From sequence record MN871447.1: DNA of 64,000 bases. One strand, 5' to 3'. Of the stretch, positions 44,276-54,988 are shown in pieces. Positions within the stretch are counted from its first letter, which is position 1. Each line of letters starts with the position of its first letter. The notes beneath the pieces are model-generated. The model worked only from the letters and a program-made list of their open reading frames with translations, was not told the origin of the DNA and searched no databases. A program made the position numbers and the translations under genes.

Positions 44276-45726
44276 AAGTGTCTCCCGTATAAGAAATTGT
44301 TGATTGTGGAACGCACAGGTTTCCCAATCTCCATGTTGCTATTCAAACTCAGAGGTTTATTGAGATCAAAAGTCCCCGTGTGCGGAGAAAGCTTCCGTAT
44401 AGCAATAAAGTCCTCACGTGAAAGAATAGGCATTCCCGCGAGCTGGTCCCCGTCGAAATCGCAGTTGGGGGCTCGGAGCACGAGTAAGCTTAGACCGATG
44501 GTATTGTCGTGAGGGTCTGTCTTGAAGCGTGTAACGAACAGAGACTGTACTGAACGCAGGTTTAAGGTCGGGTTACGACCCAAGATCTGCGGTAAGCCAC
44601 GTTTACCCTGAAGCGTTTCGTAAGGAGAACGATCAATCAGACGATTGAGAAGATCGTGCATGTACGGGTCGTATTGCCCTACACAATCCAAAATGAACCG
44701 CTCACTCTGCGCCAAGGTTAATCCGTCACGCATTAACATCCCAAGAAGATGCGTATGATACAAGGTTATACCCATACCCCAAGGCATGTGCATTTCTTCG
44801 TAGTCATGTGCACCGGACAACGAACTCACCACGCCACGATAAGTCGGTCCTGTACGAGAACCGAAGATCTGTTTACGATACCAACCAGGTTTCGAACCCA
44901 AAACATTCTTATCGACAAACTCACGATACGCAATCAGCATTGTTAATGCTTTAAACGTATTATGCTCACGGGTGTTTTGATAACGGGGTTCCTCTTTCCC
45001 AACAAGCCCGTAAATGGCCCTTGCTGCGTCAACCACATTGACATAGCCCTCCGCGCAAAAGCGCGTTTTGTTTGAGAGTTCTGTAATGATACTACGCCGA
45101 CTGGGTAACGGGATATATTGCGAAAAGAGGAGATGACGATTGTTGCGCATGAAGTCATAAACTTCGGTTCGCTTCTGGTCGGGTTTGAAGACAGGGGCCG
45201 TCATCAGTAATTCCAGAATTTCGTCGAAGTGATCAATGAAGTGGTTATACCCTCTTGGTATCCCTAACTTCTTGAATCGTTCATAGACTATGCTGTTGCG
45301 ATTCTTAGGCTCATACCGCGTATTACAGAGCCATTCTATCGCACTAAAATCGTCTTGCTTAAAAGCCCGCATTAACATATCGAGCGCATTAACGCGTATA
45401 AAGGCTCTAACGCCATGAGGGACTTTCATCCAAACACTGGACTCAAAACCTCGGTCAATCGGTGACATCACTTCAGTGTCACAATACGGACACACGGTAT
45501 TGGCGGTGCCAGGTTTGGTTGAGGTATTATAACGACCAGTGGTCATCCCACATTCACACGAGGGTAACGTATCGATCACGTCGCCTTCATACTCTGTCAT
45601 GGTTAATTCACGGACAGGGTCAATGAGTTCATATTCGTCGGAACGAATTTCATTGAGAATAATAGGAGGACGTTTGAGCCGTTGTATGTCTTTGTCGTAG
45701 TCAGGTAACGCGTAATAAATGCCCAT
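44272..45726 (-). CDS. Non-virion RNAP beta-prime N-terminal/catalytic subunit (phiKZ gp55-like), uninterrupted
   Basis: Zn motif CECG...CPYC; RNPTL; catalytic NCDFDGD. Confidence 0.93.
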   Translation of the reverse strand: MGIYYALPDYDKDIQRLKRPPIILNEIRSDEYELIDPVRELTMTEYEGDVIDTLPSCECGMTTGRYNTSTKPGTANTVCPYCDTEVMSPIDRGFESSVWMKVPHGVRAFIRVNALDMLMRAFKQDDFSAIEWLCNTRYEPKNRNSIVYERFKKLGIPRGYNHFIDHFDEILELLMTAPVFKPDQKRTEVYDFMRNNRHLLFSQYIPLPSRRSIITELSNKTRFCAEGYVNVVDAARAIYGLVGKEEPRYQNTREHNTFKALTMLIAYREFVDKNVLGSKPGWYRKQIFGSRTGPTYRGVVSSLSGAHDYEEMHMPWGMGITLYHTHLLGMLMRDGLTLAQSERFILDCVGQYDPYMHDLLNRLIDRSPYETLQGKRGLPQILGRNPTLNLRSVQSLFVTRFKTDPHDNTIGLSLLVLRAPNCDFDGDQLAGMPILSREDFIAIRKLSPHTGTFDLNKPLSLNSNMEIGKPVRSTINNFLYGRHF

Positions 45727-45809
45727 GATTCCCCTCTAAGCATTAAAAGTCAAGACAAAAAAAGAAAGGACCGAAGTCCTTTCTTTTTAGAGTATTACCA
45801 AACTACGAA

Positions 45810-47711
45810 TTAACGACCGCCGAAACCGTAAGAAGAACGGGCACGAGAACGGAAACCTGCACCGTCATAGCCGTTGGATTCGTAACGAGAGGTATAACCA
45901 CGACGGCTGGTACGGCCATCCTGAGTAATACCATCAGCGGTAACCACCATGCCTGCTGCAGACAGTGCGCGGGTCAGGCCGAACAGCCAGTTGGCGTTCA
46001 CTTCGATGACGTCTGCACGGTCGGTGATCTGATACTGACCGCCGGTGTAGTCTTCGATGATTTTTTCCATCTGGTCCATACGGACTTGCAGATCGATCGA
46101 ATCGTCGTTCAGGCAACGATCGTAATCGGCAACCACCTGCGGAGATTTCAGACCGAAGTTGGTCAGAATTTCGTAGTAACCGATTTCACGCAGGTCACGT
46201 TTATGACCCTGTTCGTCGATCCAGGTGCCCAGCAGTTGCGGCATGTCGCGGATGATACCCACGTCGTACAGATCTGAGGTGTTCATGATGGTAGAGAAAC
46301 GATCGCCGGAGATGTTGTCGGCGGCTTCGATCAGCACGTCAACAGCTTCTTTACGGTTCGGGTTCGTTTCGTCGCACGCATCAACCAGCAGCTGCAGCAG
46401 CGGGGTGTTGATGGAAGAACGCGGGATCTGGATCTGAACGATCTGGCTGTTCTCACGAACAACGTTAGCCACCAGGCCAGCCCATTCGTCGTCGTTCAGA
46501 ACTTCCGGGAGTTTTTCAAACTCGCCTTTCAGTTCATAGGTCAGAGCTTCAGCGGTACGCAGCGCGCCTTTGGTGTTCAGCGGACGCAGACCCTGAATCA
46601 GAGCCGGTTCAGTCATCAGTGCAGATACCTGTGCCAGAGAGAACATCAGGTATTCAGGAATCGCCACGCATTTCAGATCGCTGATCACCAGAGCGATACC
46701 GTAGATACGGGTATCGAAGTCTTCCGCTTTCTTTTTGCGCAGTGCAAAGAAACTGTTGGACTGCTCTTCTTCGCCTTTGTAATACAGGTCGACGTGGGAG
46801 ATCAGACCGGCCAGCTGAGTGGACTCACGCTCGGACAATACGTTAACAATACCGCCACGACGTTCGTCACGCGGCGCCACCATCAGATCAACAACGATAT
46901 CGGCGCGATGCGGCATTTCGGTGATGTCGTCAGCAACGTCACCTTGATGGAACGCGATGTTCGCCAGCAGATCGTTATTTTTCAGGTCCAGCGCCGCAAT
47001 GCTGAACTCGTTAGTGGTCAGGATCGCGTTAACGGAATAGATGATCTGGTTGATCACGGCAGAAGCGATACGCTCCAGTTCTGCGTCGGTCGGTTTGTCC
47101 AGGAAGATCGGGGACGCCGCCAGATGCTGAACCTGGCCGGTGAATGCCGGGTTGGACAGGGCAATCAGATCGTCCAGGGACTCTTTATAGCCGATCGCTT
47201 CGTACTGGTCGTTTGCGGTGGTGGTGAAACGCACGGTGTGGTCACGACCAACCTGCACGGCCTGTTTCGGCATCACGGTGTTACCCACGAAGATCACGGT
47301 AGACGCGAAGATCATGCCGTTGTCTTTCAGACGGGCAGCGATGACCGCAGCGTCCAGTTTCATTTGGGTATCTTTGCCTGTTGCCGGCGTTACCGTCCAT
47401 TCCAGGACACCGTTCAGGCTGATCGCGGCGCTGTGCTGTTTCTGGATTTCTTTGGTCAGTTCGACGAATTTGGCTACGTCGCCTGCCGCAGAGTTCAGGG
47501 ACAGTACTGGCGCATCTTTACGGAAGTTATAGGATGAAGTCACTTTTTTCTCCTGACGGGAATCATTTTCGTTGGAACGGGTGTAAAAGGAACGGCGGCG
47601 TGCAGAGGATTCTTCCTGGCGACCTTCGTCGCGAGAAGTTTCCTGCGCACCAGTTTCTACTGCTGCTTCTTCTGCTTTGTTTTTGTTGTGATCGTCATCA
47701 CGTAAGGCCAT
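45810..47711 (-). CDS. chmA: Chimallin (phage nuclear shell protein)
   Basis: 633 aa directly upstream of the beta-prime gene; HRADIVV and LGTWIDEQGHKRDLRE resemble chimallin segments as recalled; disordered termini; strong codon bias. Confidence 0.88.
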   Translation of the reverse strand: MALRDDDHNKNKAEEAAVETGAQETSRDEGRQEESSARRRSFYTRSNENDSRQEKKVTSSYNFRKDAPVLSLNSAAGDVAKFVELTKEIQKQHSAAISLNGVLEWTVTPATGKDTQMKLDAAVIAARLKDNGMIFASTVIFVGNTVMPKQAVQVGRDHTVRFTTTANDQYEAIGYKESLDDLIALSNPAFTGQVQHLAASPIFLDKPTDAELERIASAVINQIIYSVNAILTTNEFSIAALDLKNNDLLANIAFHQGDVADDITEMPHRADIVVDLMVAPRDERRGGIVNVLSERESTQLAGLISHVDLYYKGEEEQSNSFFALRKKKAEDFDTRIYGIALVISDLKCVAIPEYLMFSLAQVSALMTEPALIQGLRPLNTKGALRTAEALTYELKGEFEKLPEVLNDDEWAGLVANVVRENSQIVQIQIPRSSINTPLLQLLVDACDETNPNRKEAVDVLIEAADNISGDRFSTIMNTSDLYDVGIIRDMPQLLGTWIDEQGHKRDLREIGYYEILTNFGLKSPQVVADYDRCLNDDSIDLQVRMDQMEKIIEDYTGGQYQITDRADVIEVNANWLFGLTRALSAAGMVVTADGITQDGRTSRRGYTSRYESNGYDGAGFRSRARSSYGFGGR

Positions 47712-47782
47712 CTTTAAATCTCCTAGGAGTTAAAACAATTTTTATCGCGATTCTGAAGGTACTCATTACCTTCTTCACTATT

Positions 47783-47791
47783 GTGATATAG
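47783..47791 (-). promoter_or_regulatory. Putative early promoter CTATATCAC for chimallin
   Basis: TATATTAC variant 72 nt upstream of the chmA start. Confidence 0.55.
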
Positions 47792-47995
47792 ATGTGAAAA
47801 AAGTTTGAAATGGGTCTTTTATAGCGATGAGATATAATAGACCTCACTCAATAGAGAGTCAATCGGGTTTCCGATTAGAACTTTCTACATATAATAGTCA
47901 TTATGCCCATTTAGGGCTAGTCCTTCGTTATGAAGGAGTTCTTTCATAATATAGCAGATGCACTTTAAAAATGATTAGTCGCTCGGAGAAAACTA

Positions 47996-49090
47996 ATGAT
48001 CTCAGCTTTCGAATTTCTAAACCGTCAATCCGTGAAGACGTTTTTTCCGGGACAACTCACCTTGCTGCGCAACAATGCCGGCATTAATTTAAAGAACATT
48101 AAACAACATTACCGTAATAGCATCCGTGCTGTTGAGAGTGATCATATACTGATTCAGATACTTCAACATTTACCGTCACGGGTAGACATGAACGATGAAC
48201 AGTATTATCGATTCTGTCACTCCGCCAGTAAACTGACACACAGGGCGTTGAACCTCAATACGGAAACCGTGCTTTCTGGTAAAGCCAGTAAACCATGGTT
48301 TTACGGTCAAGGTATGACCGAGTTCTACATCGTTGAGGAAAAAGATCTCCCTTATCGATTCGACGCAAAGAACTACTGGCAAGAACTTATTCCAGTACGC
48401 CCAATTTCGCACAATCTGACAGGGCTTTCTTTTAACGCCCGTGACGGGCAGCACTTTAGTCACTATAAAGGAAACGCTTTCCTGTCTATCGACATCGGTC
48501 TTCTGGCAGTCCAGTATCGGCACTGGTCGCAGTTTAACGTCGGTACAGAAGCGAACCCGCATCCCGTTTCTATCAACCAATTTGTTTATCAGTACCCTTT
48601 AGTCAACATGATCGAAGAGGACATGAATTTTTGTTTCTTCAATCGTCTTCGGTTGTCGACAGGGTATATCCCGGTTAACGATGACGCCGCACGACACGGC
48701 TTGGCAATCTACGATTTACGTCCACTGGTTGATAAAGTCTGGGAACAGTGGTTACAACGCGCCAGAAGCGCTCCGCGGCGCTTCATTGACCTTCCGGCAC
48801 AAATCCCCGGGTTATTTACAGAAACACTTCTTGAAGCGATTACGATCCCGGATATCTTTTTCAACCGTCAGAACCTCGGTCTTTACACATTGGCAAATTT
48901 ACCGTACTTAAGTACCCTGTCCCGTCTTTCTGGTGAAACAGGGTCTAAAGACAACGGTAGTGTAAAAACTCAACTGGAACGTTGGTACGCGCGTTTTGTT
49001 AACGGAGGTTACCTGACACCGATAACGGGGATTAATCCTCAAGATACTCTACAGGTTCTGTTGGACGAAGTGCTGATTCCACTTCGTTAA
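47996..49090 (+). CDS. Core-block protein (phiKZ gp52-like by position)
   Basis: 364 aa, divergent from chmA, 3' end overlaps the DNA polymerase gene. Confidence 0.65.
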   Translation: MISAFEFLNRQSVKTFFPGQLTLLRNNAGINLKNIKQHYRNSIRAVESDHILIQILQHLPSRVDMNDEQYYRFCHSASKLTHRALNLNTETVLSGKASKPWFYGQGMTEFYIVEEKDLPYRFDAKNYWQELIPVRPISHNLTGLSFNARDGQHFSHYKGNAFLSIDIGLLAVQYRHWSQFNVGTEANPHPVSINQFVYQYPLVNMIEEDMNFCFFNRLRLSTGYIPVNDDAARHGLAIYDLRPLVDKVWEQWLQRARSAPRRFIDLPAQIPGLFTETLLEAITIPDIFFNRQNLGLYTLANLPYLSTLSRLSGETGSKDNGSVKTQLERWYARFVNGGYLTPITGINPQDTLQVLLDEVLIPLR

Positions 49091-51248
49091 AGTCAGAGAA
49101 AGCATCCTCACGAGAAATTTGATCAAAGACCAGTTTAGATTGGTCTTTATCAAAGAGGTAGTATTCCAGTGACTCAAGAACCAGGTAGAAAGGTGACATG
49201 GCGCTGCCGATAATTTTACGAATGTTTGTCGCCTCAAGGATATCCTCTGGAATCCCGATTGACATGACAATACTTTCTGGCAGCAGGATACGACCCAAAT
49301 AAGTCTTATTCTTCGCTGCCAGGAATTGTCGCATTCGTTTCGCCATTTCCTGATCTTTCCAGTTCGCTAACCATTTCTCCGTTTTGGTTTTCGTATCGTG
49401 GATAATACTGAACGACAACGCTGAGTATGGCGGCGGTTCAATAAGACCAAACTTCGGCGCAAAGACTTCTTGCCACAGTTCGTAGTTCAGATACGGCGTA
49501 TTCTGTTCTTCGGTCTTCTTAGTGTACCCTTCCTCTTCTTTAACACGTGCCGCTTTAAGGTACGTGGTCTCCCCTTTACGAATCGATTCGTAGATCGTAT
49601 ACTCCCACCGGGCTACCCACCGTAAGTAACGGCTCAGTTCCAACATTTTCCCTTCCGTAACACTGTCGACAATCTCTTCGATCATCAAATCAAGATCTTT
49701 ACGTACTCCGGCTGGTGAGTTGGAAGCAATGAGCTCTACGCCTTTCTTCTCTCGGTCTTCGATATAGACCCCTTCTTGTACGCGTTTGTTTGCCGCATAG
49801 TGCTTAGCACGACTGGTCAACATGAACACCGGGAAAAGGAATTCGTTCTTCATTGCCAGACGGAAGACTTCTTTCTCGTCCTGAACACCCATGTTTACGG
49901 TCATGGTAGCAAGGTTATGCGTGGTCGTCTGCGAGACAAGGAACGCAATCCCTTCAGCTAGAATGATGTTTTCTTTCGTTAGCAAATCATTATCAGAGTA
50001 CCAACGAATCCAATCCTGAACCGTAAAGATAGCGGAGTCGGTATCAGACCCTACACCACTGCGTCTAACGGCATGGGGGAAGTCAGAAATCAGGAACGGG
50101 ATGTTTCTTGACATCAGGAACGTATCGATGATTTCTTTATATTTGTCCAGCGTCTGGTAAATGAGTGCACAGGTGGAACCTAAACGCCAGTAATCGGCTT
50201 TAGCAATAACTTCTTCGTGGAACGGGTTTTTATCGCCAATGATTTCCGGGAACATAACCGTGATCTGTGCGATGGTGTCTTCATCGACAAACTTCATCCA
50301 TCCTTCGTAGTCAGGTACCGGCGTTTCTGCTGGAGTGACTAAACCACGAATCAGATCCCTTACAATCGCCTCGTTGAACTGACGAATATGATAAAGGTCG
50401 CCCATGTAAACGAACGCTGCTCGTTCGTAATCGCTACAGCCTTTCAGGAAACGTTTTAAATTGCGGTCTCCCCCTTCTGATCGCCAGTAGAGGTCAGACG
50501 AATACGACAGTACCGCTAACGTTTCTTCAACCGACGGGATATGCAGATTAAACTTCTTAACGGTATTTTCTACTTTTGCCCAATCGGTCAGTTCAAGAAT
50601 ACTGGTCAAGTTAGCGTAGACAACATCAGGTCGCCAATAGTGGCGAGAGCCAGACAATAAACGGTCATTGTTGGAGTTGGCAATACCGTTGGCAATACGA
50701 CAGCAACTTGTCAATACCGGGTGCGTTGAGCGGTCGTAAAGCGGTGAGTGCTCAGAACGGTGGTTACCGGAGATGGCGTTGTTCAGAATCTTTTTGTTGT
50801 TCTGATTGTTGTTGTGGAAGGTTGCCTTAATAAAGTTACCGACTTTCTTCGCTTCAAACATTTCATGTTTTTCGGCGGAGCGTTTTTTCAAGTTACCTTT
50901 GATATATTCAGAGAGTAATGATAACTTTTGGTGCGGTGGTAACACGGTCGTGAACGTAGGTGCCATTAACCATTCGTTATCGAGAATGTCTTTGAGGTAC
51001 TGTGAGAAAGGTACCATAATCGGCTTTTGATCCAGATTTTCATCGCGTTCCAACATGCAAAAAACAGGGTCGGTCACGCCGTTATCCGGGTTTTTCAGTT
51101 CCTCGACAACAAAGTCACGACATTCTTCGAAAGGTCTTCCAGTGCTGCGTTGTATGAATAAAGCAGTTTGAATAATGTACGACTCGTGCACGCCAAGGTC
51201 TCGATGGTAATCCTTAGCAGTACGCGTAAATGGGTTAGAAACTTTCAC
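49032..51248 (-). CDS. Family-B DNA polymerase subunit (phiKZ gp50-like)
   Basis: KILNNAISG (motif B-like); GSDTDS (motif C); MKNE...KHY; KGVEL. Confidence 0.85.
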   Translation of the reverse strand: MKVSNPFTRTAKDYHRDLGVHESYIIQTALFIQRSTGRPFEECRDFVVEELKNPDNGVTDPVFCMLERDENLDQKPIMVPFSQYLKDILDNEWLMAPTFTTVLPPHQKLSLLSEYIKGNLKKRSAEKHEMFEAKKVGNFIKATFHNNNQNNKKILNNAISGNHRSEHSPLYDRSTHPVLTSCCRIANGIANSNNDRLLSGSRHYWRPDVVYANLTSILELTDWAKVENTVKKFNLHIPSVEETLAVLSYSSDLYWRSEGGDRNLKRFLKGCSDYERAAFVYMGDLYHIRQFNEAIVRDLIRGLVTPAETPVPDYEGWMKFVDEDTIAQITVMFPEIIGDKNPFHEEVIAKADYWRLGSTCALIYQTLDKYKEIIDTFLMSRNIPFLISDFPHAVRRSGVGSDTDSAIFTVQDWIRWYSDNDLLTKENIILAEGIAFLVSQTTTHNLATMTVNMGVQDEKEVFRLAMKNEFLFPVFMLTSRAKHYAANKRVQEGVYIEDREKKGVELIASNSPAGVRKDLDLMIEEIVDSVTEGKMLELSRYLRWVARWEYTIYESIRKGETTYLKAARVKEEEGYTKKTEEQNTPYLNYELWQEVFAPKFGLIEPPPYSALSFSIIHDTKTKTEKWLANWKDQEMAKRMRQFLAAKNKTYLGRILLPESIVMSIGIPEDILEATNIRKIIGSAMSPFYLVLESLEYYLFDKDQSKLVFDQISREDAFSDFNEVESALRPTEPVEYLED

Positions 51249-51361
51249 GCTATCGTCCTATGTAATCGGTCTTCTACAGGAATAGTACGGTCACTGAAAA
51301 AAGAAAAAAAAGAAAAGATAACCTTCTCCTGTAACCTTTCGGTTACAGGAGAAGAGAATAG

Positions 51362-51784
51362 TTAACTGGTGACGATGGTGAAATTGTTGAAGCCTGCGCT
51401 GTTAATCGCCAGCCGGATCTTTTCAATATCGCCTGTACCAATCCCGGGAATAGTGACAAGGGCATTCACTGTCTCAACAACGTTGATCGTATCAACTTTG
51501 ATCCAGGGTAATCCGATGACGCGTTCTGTGCCGTCTTCTAAGGCCAATACCAACCAGTTGTAAGAACGGGCATTGTCTTCAACGCTACCCGATGGCAGAA
51601 GAGGATAAACCTTCGCGTGCTCTGCTTCCGGGTCAATACCGAATTTAGTAGCACCTCTGGCCGACACAATGTCAGTCGGAACCACGTTACGGAAAACATC
51701 CCCGTAAAGCGCAGACGGATAAACCTGAAAGGTCACCGTGGAGTTCAGTGTAAATTTACCGAGGATGAGGTCTGTAGACGTCAT
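51362..51784 (-). CDS. Core-block beta-rich protein
   Basis: 140 aa, upstream of the polymerase gene. Confidence 0.7.
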   Translation of the reverse strand: MTSTDLILGKFTLNSTVTFQVYPSALYGDVFRNVVPTDIVSARGATKFGIDPEAEHAKVYPLLPSGSVEDNARSYNWLVLALEDGTERVIGLPWIKVDTINVVETVNALVTIPGIGTGDIEKIRLAINSAGFNNFTIVTS

Positions 51785-52144
51785 TTAATTTTCTCCCGAT
51801 TCGAAAAGCAACATTAACGTAGTAGAGTCGAAGTACTCGAGGTCTACATAACGAAAGGTTGTTTTACTGGTGATTTCTTCCACTCGTTCTTTCAAGGTTT
51901 CGTGGGTGAGAAAAAGATGACCAGCAATCTCACCGTGTTCAATAGAAGGAACAGTAGTTTTCAATCCGCTGTCAATGACTTCCAATACGAGCTTCCTGGT
52001 CGAGTCCTTTAGGTATTCGATGTCAATAACCGTATCATCATCTTCATCGCATTGGACTTCGTCTAAAAGACCCTGATAAAAATAACTAAAGATTAAAGGG
52101 AGTCGTACAAGGGAAGTAAGAACTTTTATTTTCATGTTCTTCAA
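51785..52144 (-). CDS. Array member 1 (hypothetical)
   Basis: 119 aa; terminal beta-strand pattern shared with neighbours. Confidence 0.65.
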   Translation of the reverse strand: MKNMKIKVLTSLVRLPLIFSYFYQGLLDEVQCDEDDDTVIDIEYLKDSTRKLVLEVIDSGLKTTVPSIEHGEIAGHLFLTHETLKERVEEITSKTTFRYVDLEYFDSTTLMLLFESGEN

Positions 52145-52514
52145 TCCTTAAACCAAGAGAATAACTTCCCGTGTACAGGAATAAGTTCTCAAGATGATAA
52201 CGTTTCTCTAATAGGAAGGGATGGACTTTCTCCATCTCACGGTAAAGTCGAGTATGGAGGCAATCGTAGTTTTCCAGAATGATTTCCATGCCGTACTCGA
52301 GTAAACCAGGATCACTCGCAATAAAGAATCCTTTTAAGACCTCGGGGTGCATCGCCATTTTTTCCGGTTCCAAAATATCTTCGACAAAAAGCGACGAAAG
52401 ATCACGTGCTTTTATCCAGACATCTCTTGGCATATTATCTAGGAGCGTCGATAAACCAGAATAAAAAGACTGGCAGGGTAAAACAACCAACGTTGCATTT
52501 TTGTTTTTCACCAT
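52086..52514 (-). CDS. Array member 2 (hypothetical)
   Basis: 142 aa. Confidence 0.65.
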   Translation of the reverse strand: MVKNKNATLVVLPCQSFYSGLSTLLDNMPRDVWIKARDLSSLFVEDILEPEKMAMHPEVLKGFFIASDPGLLEYGMEIILENYDCLHTRLYREMEKVHPFLLEKRYHLENLFLYTGSYSLGLRIEEHENKSSYFPCTTPFNL

Positions 52515-52972
52515 ACCTCCCGGCTAAGGTCCTCCACTACAAATGAGATTGCGTTGTTTCGTAAGAGTACGTCGCCGATATCGATATCTTCGTGATATCG
52601 GAGTTGACTCCTCTCGAAGGACAACAGTAAATCGGTCGCAATCACTTCAGCCATATCTTCAATGTAACAAAGCAACCGGTGTCGAGTACCCCTATCTAAC
52701 CGTAACTGATCGCTGGGATCATCTGCATCAGGGACAAAGAAAAGATCAATCGTGTCATCGAGTCTTTCCGATGCCTCCTGCTGACCGAAGTGCTTAACGT
52801 CCAATACATAAGCGATGGTACAGCCGATAAAGTCAGTCACTTCAAAACGAATTTTGTTTCGGGGGATATAACGATTAAACCCATCGATATATCGACTGAA
52901 GAAAAGGTGAAAGTTTGACGTTGGCCAATCCTTCACCGTAAAGATTAAGATAGTACGAAAGAAACGGGACAT
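52508..52972 (-). CDS. Array member 3 (hypothetical)
   Basis: 154 aa; ends IGDVLLRNNAISFVVED. Confidence 0.7.
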   Translation of the reverse strand: MSRFFRTILIFTVKDWPTSNFHLFFSRYIDGFNRYIPRNKIRFEVTDFIGCTIAYVLDVKHFGQQEASERLDDTIDLFFVPDADDPSDQLRLDRGTRHRLLCYIEDMAEVIATDLLLSFERSQLRYHEDIDIGDVLLRNNAISFVVEDLSREVW

Positions 52973-53382
52973 TAAGATCCTCTGCGAACAGTCAGTTGGA
53001 AGGCGATGCCGTGGTGGCGTAATTCTACAAAATCAATACGGGGGGAACGTGAAAAGTTACTTCGTATCTCCCGTCGATAATCACGATAAAACGAGACGAA
53101 GAGTTCTTCCGCTGTCTCTATCAACTCTTGCGTCGTAACATCCGGCATCTTAGCGTGCGGATACGAACGTAAGAAATTCTCGATTTCAACTCTGATACGC
53201 CGCGTACCCGATAACGATAGATTTTCTTCGTCGGTGCCGATAATGAAGTCGAATATCATTTGCAGAACAAGTCGGCGATAGAGTAAATCGCAATACATCA
53301 GTTCGTGCAGTATGGCAGCGGTTTCTCTTCGATAAGGCAAAACAAAAAGACGGGTCGTAGTTTCAGTCACTGACGGTAACAT
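52972..53382 (-). CDS. Array member 4 (hypothetical)
   Basis: 136 aa; ends IDFVELRHHGIAFQLTV. Confidence 0.7.
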   Translation of the reverse strand: MLPSVTETTTRLFVLPYRRETAAILHELMYCDLLYRRLVLQMIFDFIIGTDEENLSLSGTRRIRVEIENFLRSYPHAKMPDVTTQELIETAEELFVSFYRDYRREIRSNFSRSPRIDFVELRHHGIAFQLTVRRGS

Positions 53383-53830
53383 AGAGGTCTCCTCTAACGA
53401 ATCTTACGTTTCTGATTTGATCAGGACTCAAAACGATATCTTTCATGGCTAAAGTCTTCCTTGATATCTTCGAGCCTAATAATTGAATATCGATGTAGAA
53501 TTTTCGCTCGAGTTCTTCTTTGAACTTCTCGTCCAGATGTTCCATTCCGTCGGAGCACAATAAGTTATCTAAGACCTTTTCCGCTTCTTCGTTAGCCTTG
53601 AAAAAGAAGGGCATGGAGAAGGTTGTTTGGTAACGTGATAAAGAAAATAGAAAAGCCGGGAGAATAATCTCCCGGCTGTGTATTGAGTATAGGTTTTCTA
53701 TTTTCTTTATTTCTGACGCGTCCCAATGCAGGTCATAGATGAAGGTTTGTGAATAATCTAATCGACCGTTGGTCACGTGAGATCTCCCATCCATAATAGT
53801 CAATGATACGTTCTTCGCTTGTTTTCTCAA
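53363..53830 (-). CDS. Array member 5 (hypothetical)
   Basis: 155 aa; ends IRNVRFVRGDLYVTVSD. Confidence 0.7.
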   Translation of the reverse strand: MRKQAKNVSLTIMDGRSHVTNGRLDYSQTFIYDLHWDASEIKKIENLYSIHSREIILPAFLFSLSRYQTTFSMPFFFKANEEAEKVLDNLLCSDGMEHLDEKFKEELERKFYIDIQLLGSKISRKTLAMKDIVLSPDQIRNVRFVRGDLYVTVSD

Positions 53831-54155
53831 GAAACGTTTTGATTTCTTGTAGCGACAATTCCAGAAGTGCGTCAGTATCAGATAAATTTAGTTCAGGCGT
53901 AGAAAAAACGGAAAGTAACCGCTGTTCCATCGTAGAGTAACCATAAATCAGTTTCTCCAGACTAAAGAGCAAAAGTAAACCATACGCCTCGCCAAACGTC
54001 ACCGGCTCTAAAGTGTCAGAGAAAAAGCAACGGTAGATCTTCTCGAGGCGAGGTCGTAATAACGCGATGTCAATAATCTCTATTTTGTTCTTCACGTTTT
54101 TCTCGTTGTATCCTTTCCCAATCCCGAATTCGCCAATCGCCAAGGTTCTCGACAA
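53733..54155 (-). CDS. Array member 6 (hypothetical)
   Basis: 140 aa; start uncertain. Confidence 0.6.
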   Translation of the reverse strand: MSRTLAIGEFGIGKGYNEKNVKNKIEIIDIALLRPRLEKIYRCFFSDTLEPVTFGEAYGLLLLFSLEKLIYGYSTMEQRLLSVFSTPELNLSDTDALLELSLQEIKTFLEKTSEERIIDYYGWEISRDQRSIRLFTNLHL

Positions 54156-54597
54156 TCAATGCGTTGTTTCTGACTTCGACCACCACAATTTCATCCCAGA
54201 ACCTATTTTTTCGTATCCCCATGTCACGAAAATACTCTACCGCGAACACGATAAAGATATCGATGACTTCGCGGTAGAGTTCTTGGGACGGCTCATCCAC
54301 GATCTCTTCGTTGTACGGATTAAAACCAATAGGCTCTAACGTGTAACCTTTAAACCAACCACGAATAGCAGCATCGTCGTCCCAGCATTCCCAAGGATAT
54401 TTAGCGTCTTTATTGATGGCATTCCAAAAGAGACGGAGGGCGGTTTCCTTAAGATCTTCTACACGAAGGTTCTTGTCAGCGTACCGGTCGATAACACTGT
54501 GTTGGCGACGGACTGAATAGAGAATGGACGATAGTCGTCTGGCGAGATAATCAATATCAATAACATAACGCATAATAGAGACCTTATCGATAAACAA
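54070..54597 (-). CDS. Array member 7 (hypothetical)
   Basis: Probable start MRYVIDI; contains IVVVEVRNNALIVEN. Confidence 0.7.
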   Translation of the reverse strand: MFIDKVSIMRYVIDIDYLARRLSSILYSVRRQHSVIDRYADKNLRVEDLKETALRLFWNAINKDAKYPWECWDDDAAIRGWFKGYTLEPIGFNPYNEEIVDEPSQELYREVIDIFIVFAVEYFRDMGIRKNRFWDEIVVVEVRNNALIVENLGDWRIRDWERIQREKREEQNRDY

Positions 54598-54988
54598 GAT
54601 AGGTACGTGAGTTCATCCGTTCCGTGTAACATTCACCGTAAATACCGTATCGATCCCATTGAGAACGAAGATCGCTAAGGATTTTTTCTAATACGCCTGT
54701 ATTTTTCATTTTTTCAATTTCTTCCTGAAGAGACATGTAAAACGATAACTGGTCCCGATAATAAGGATCATCGGGAATCGTTTCAAAATCGCTTTCCAGC
54801 GGGTCAATGTTGTTCGAGTAATAAATCTCAATGAACAGTTTGTTATAATCTTTAGCTTTTCCTTTTTCCCAGTGGTACGCGGTAGAAAGGAAAGCGTCTA
54901 TAATCTGATCCCGCCAGAGACCCTTATAGCCGTCGGTGAAGACCTTAAGCGCCGGGGGGATTTCGAAGAGATATTTTTGCACTGCCAT
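54584..54988 (-). CDS. Array member 8 (hypothetical)
   Basis: 134 aa. Confidence 0.7.
   Translation of the reverse strand: MAVQKYLFEIPPALKVFTDGYKGLWRDQIIDAFLSTAYHWEKGKAKDYNKLFIEIYYSNNIDPLESDFETIPDDPYYRDQLSFYMSLQEEIEKMKNTGVLEKILSDLRSQWDRYGIYGECYTERMNSRTYLVYR

Noticed and set aside
31967-45726. Introns or homing endonucleases in the nvRNAP genes, as in phiKZ
   Set aside because: The beta and beta-prime genes read as continuous ORFs with their motifs in frame
46794-47537. 247-aa plus-strand ORF
   Set aside because: Antisense shadow of chimallin
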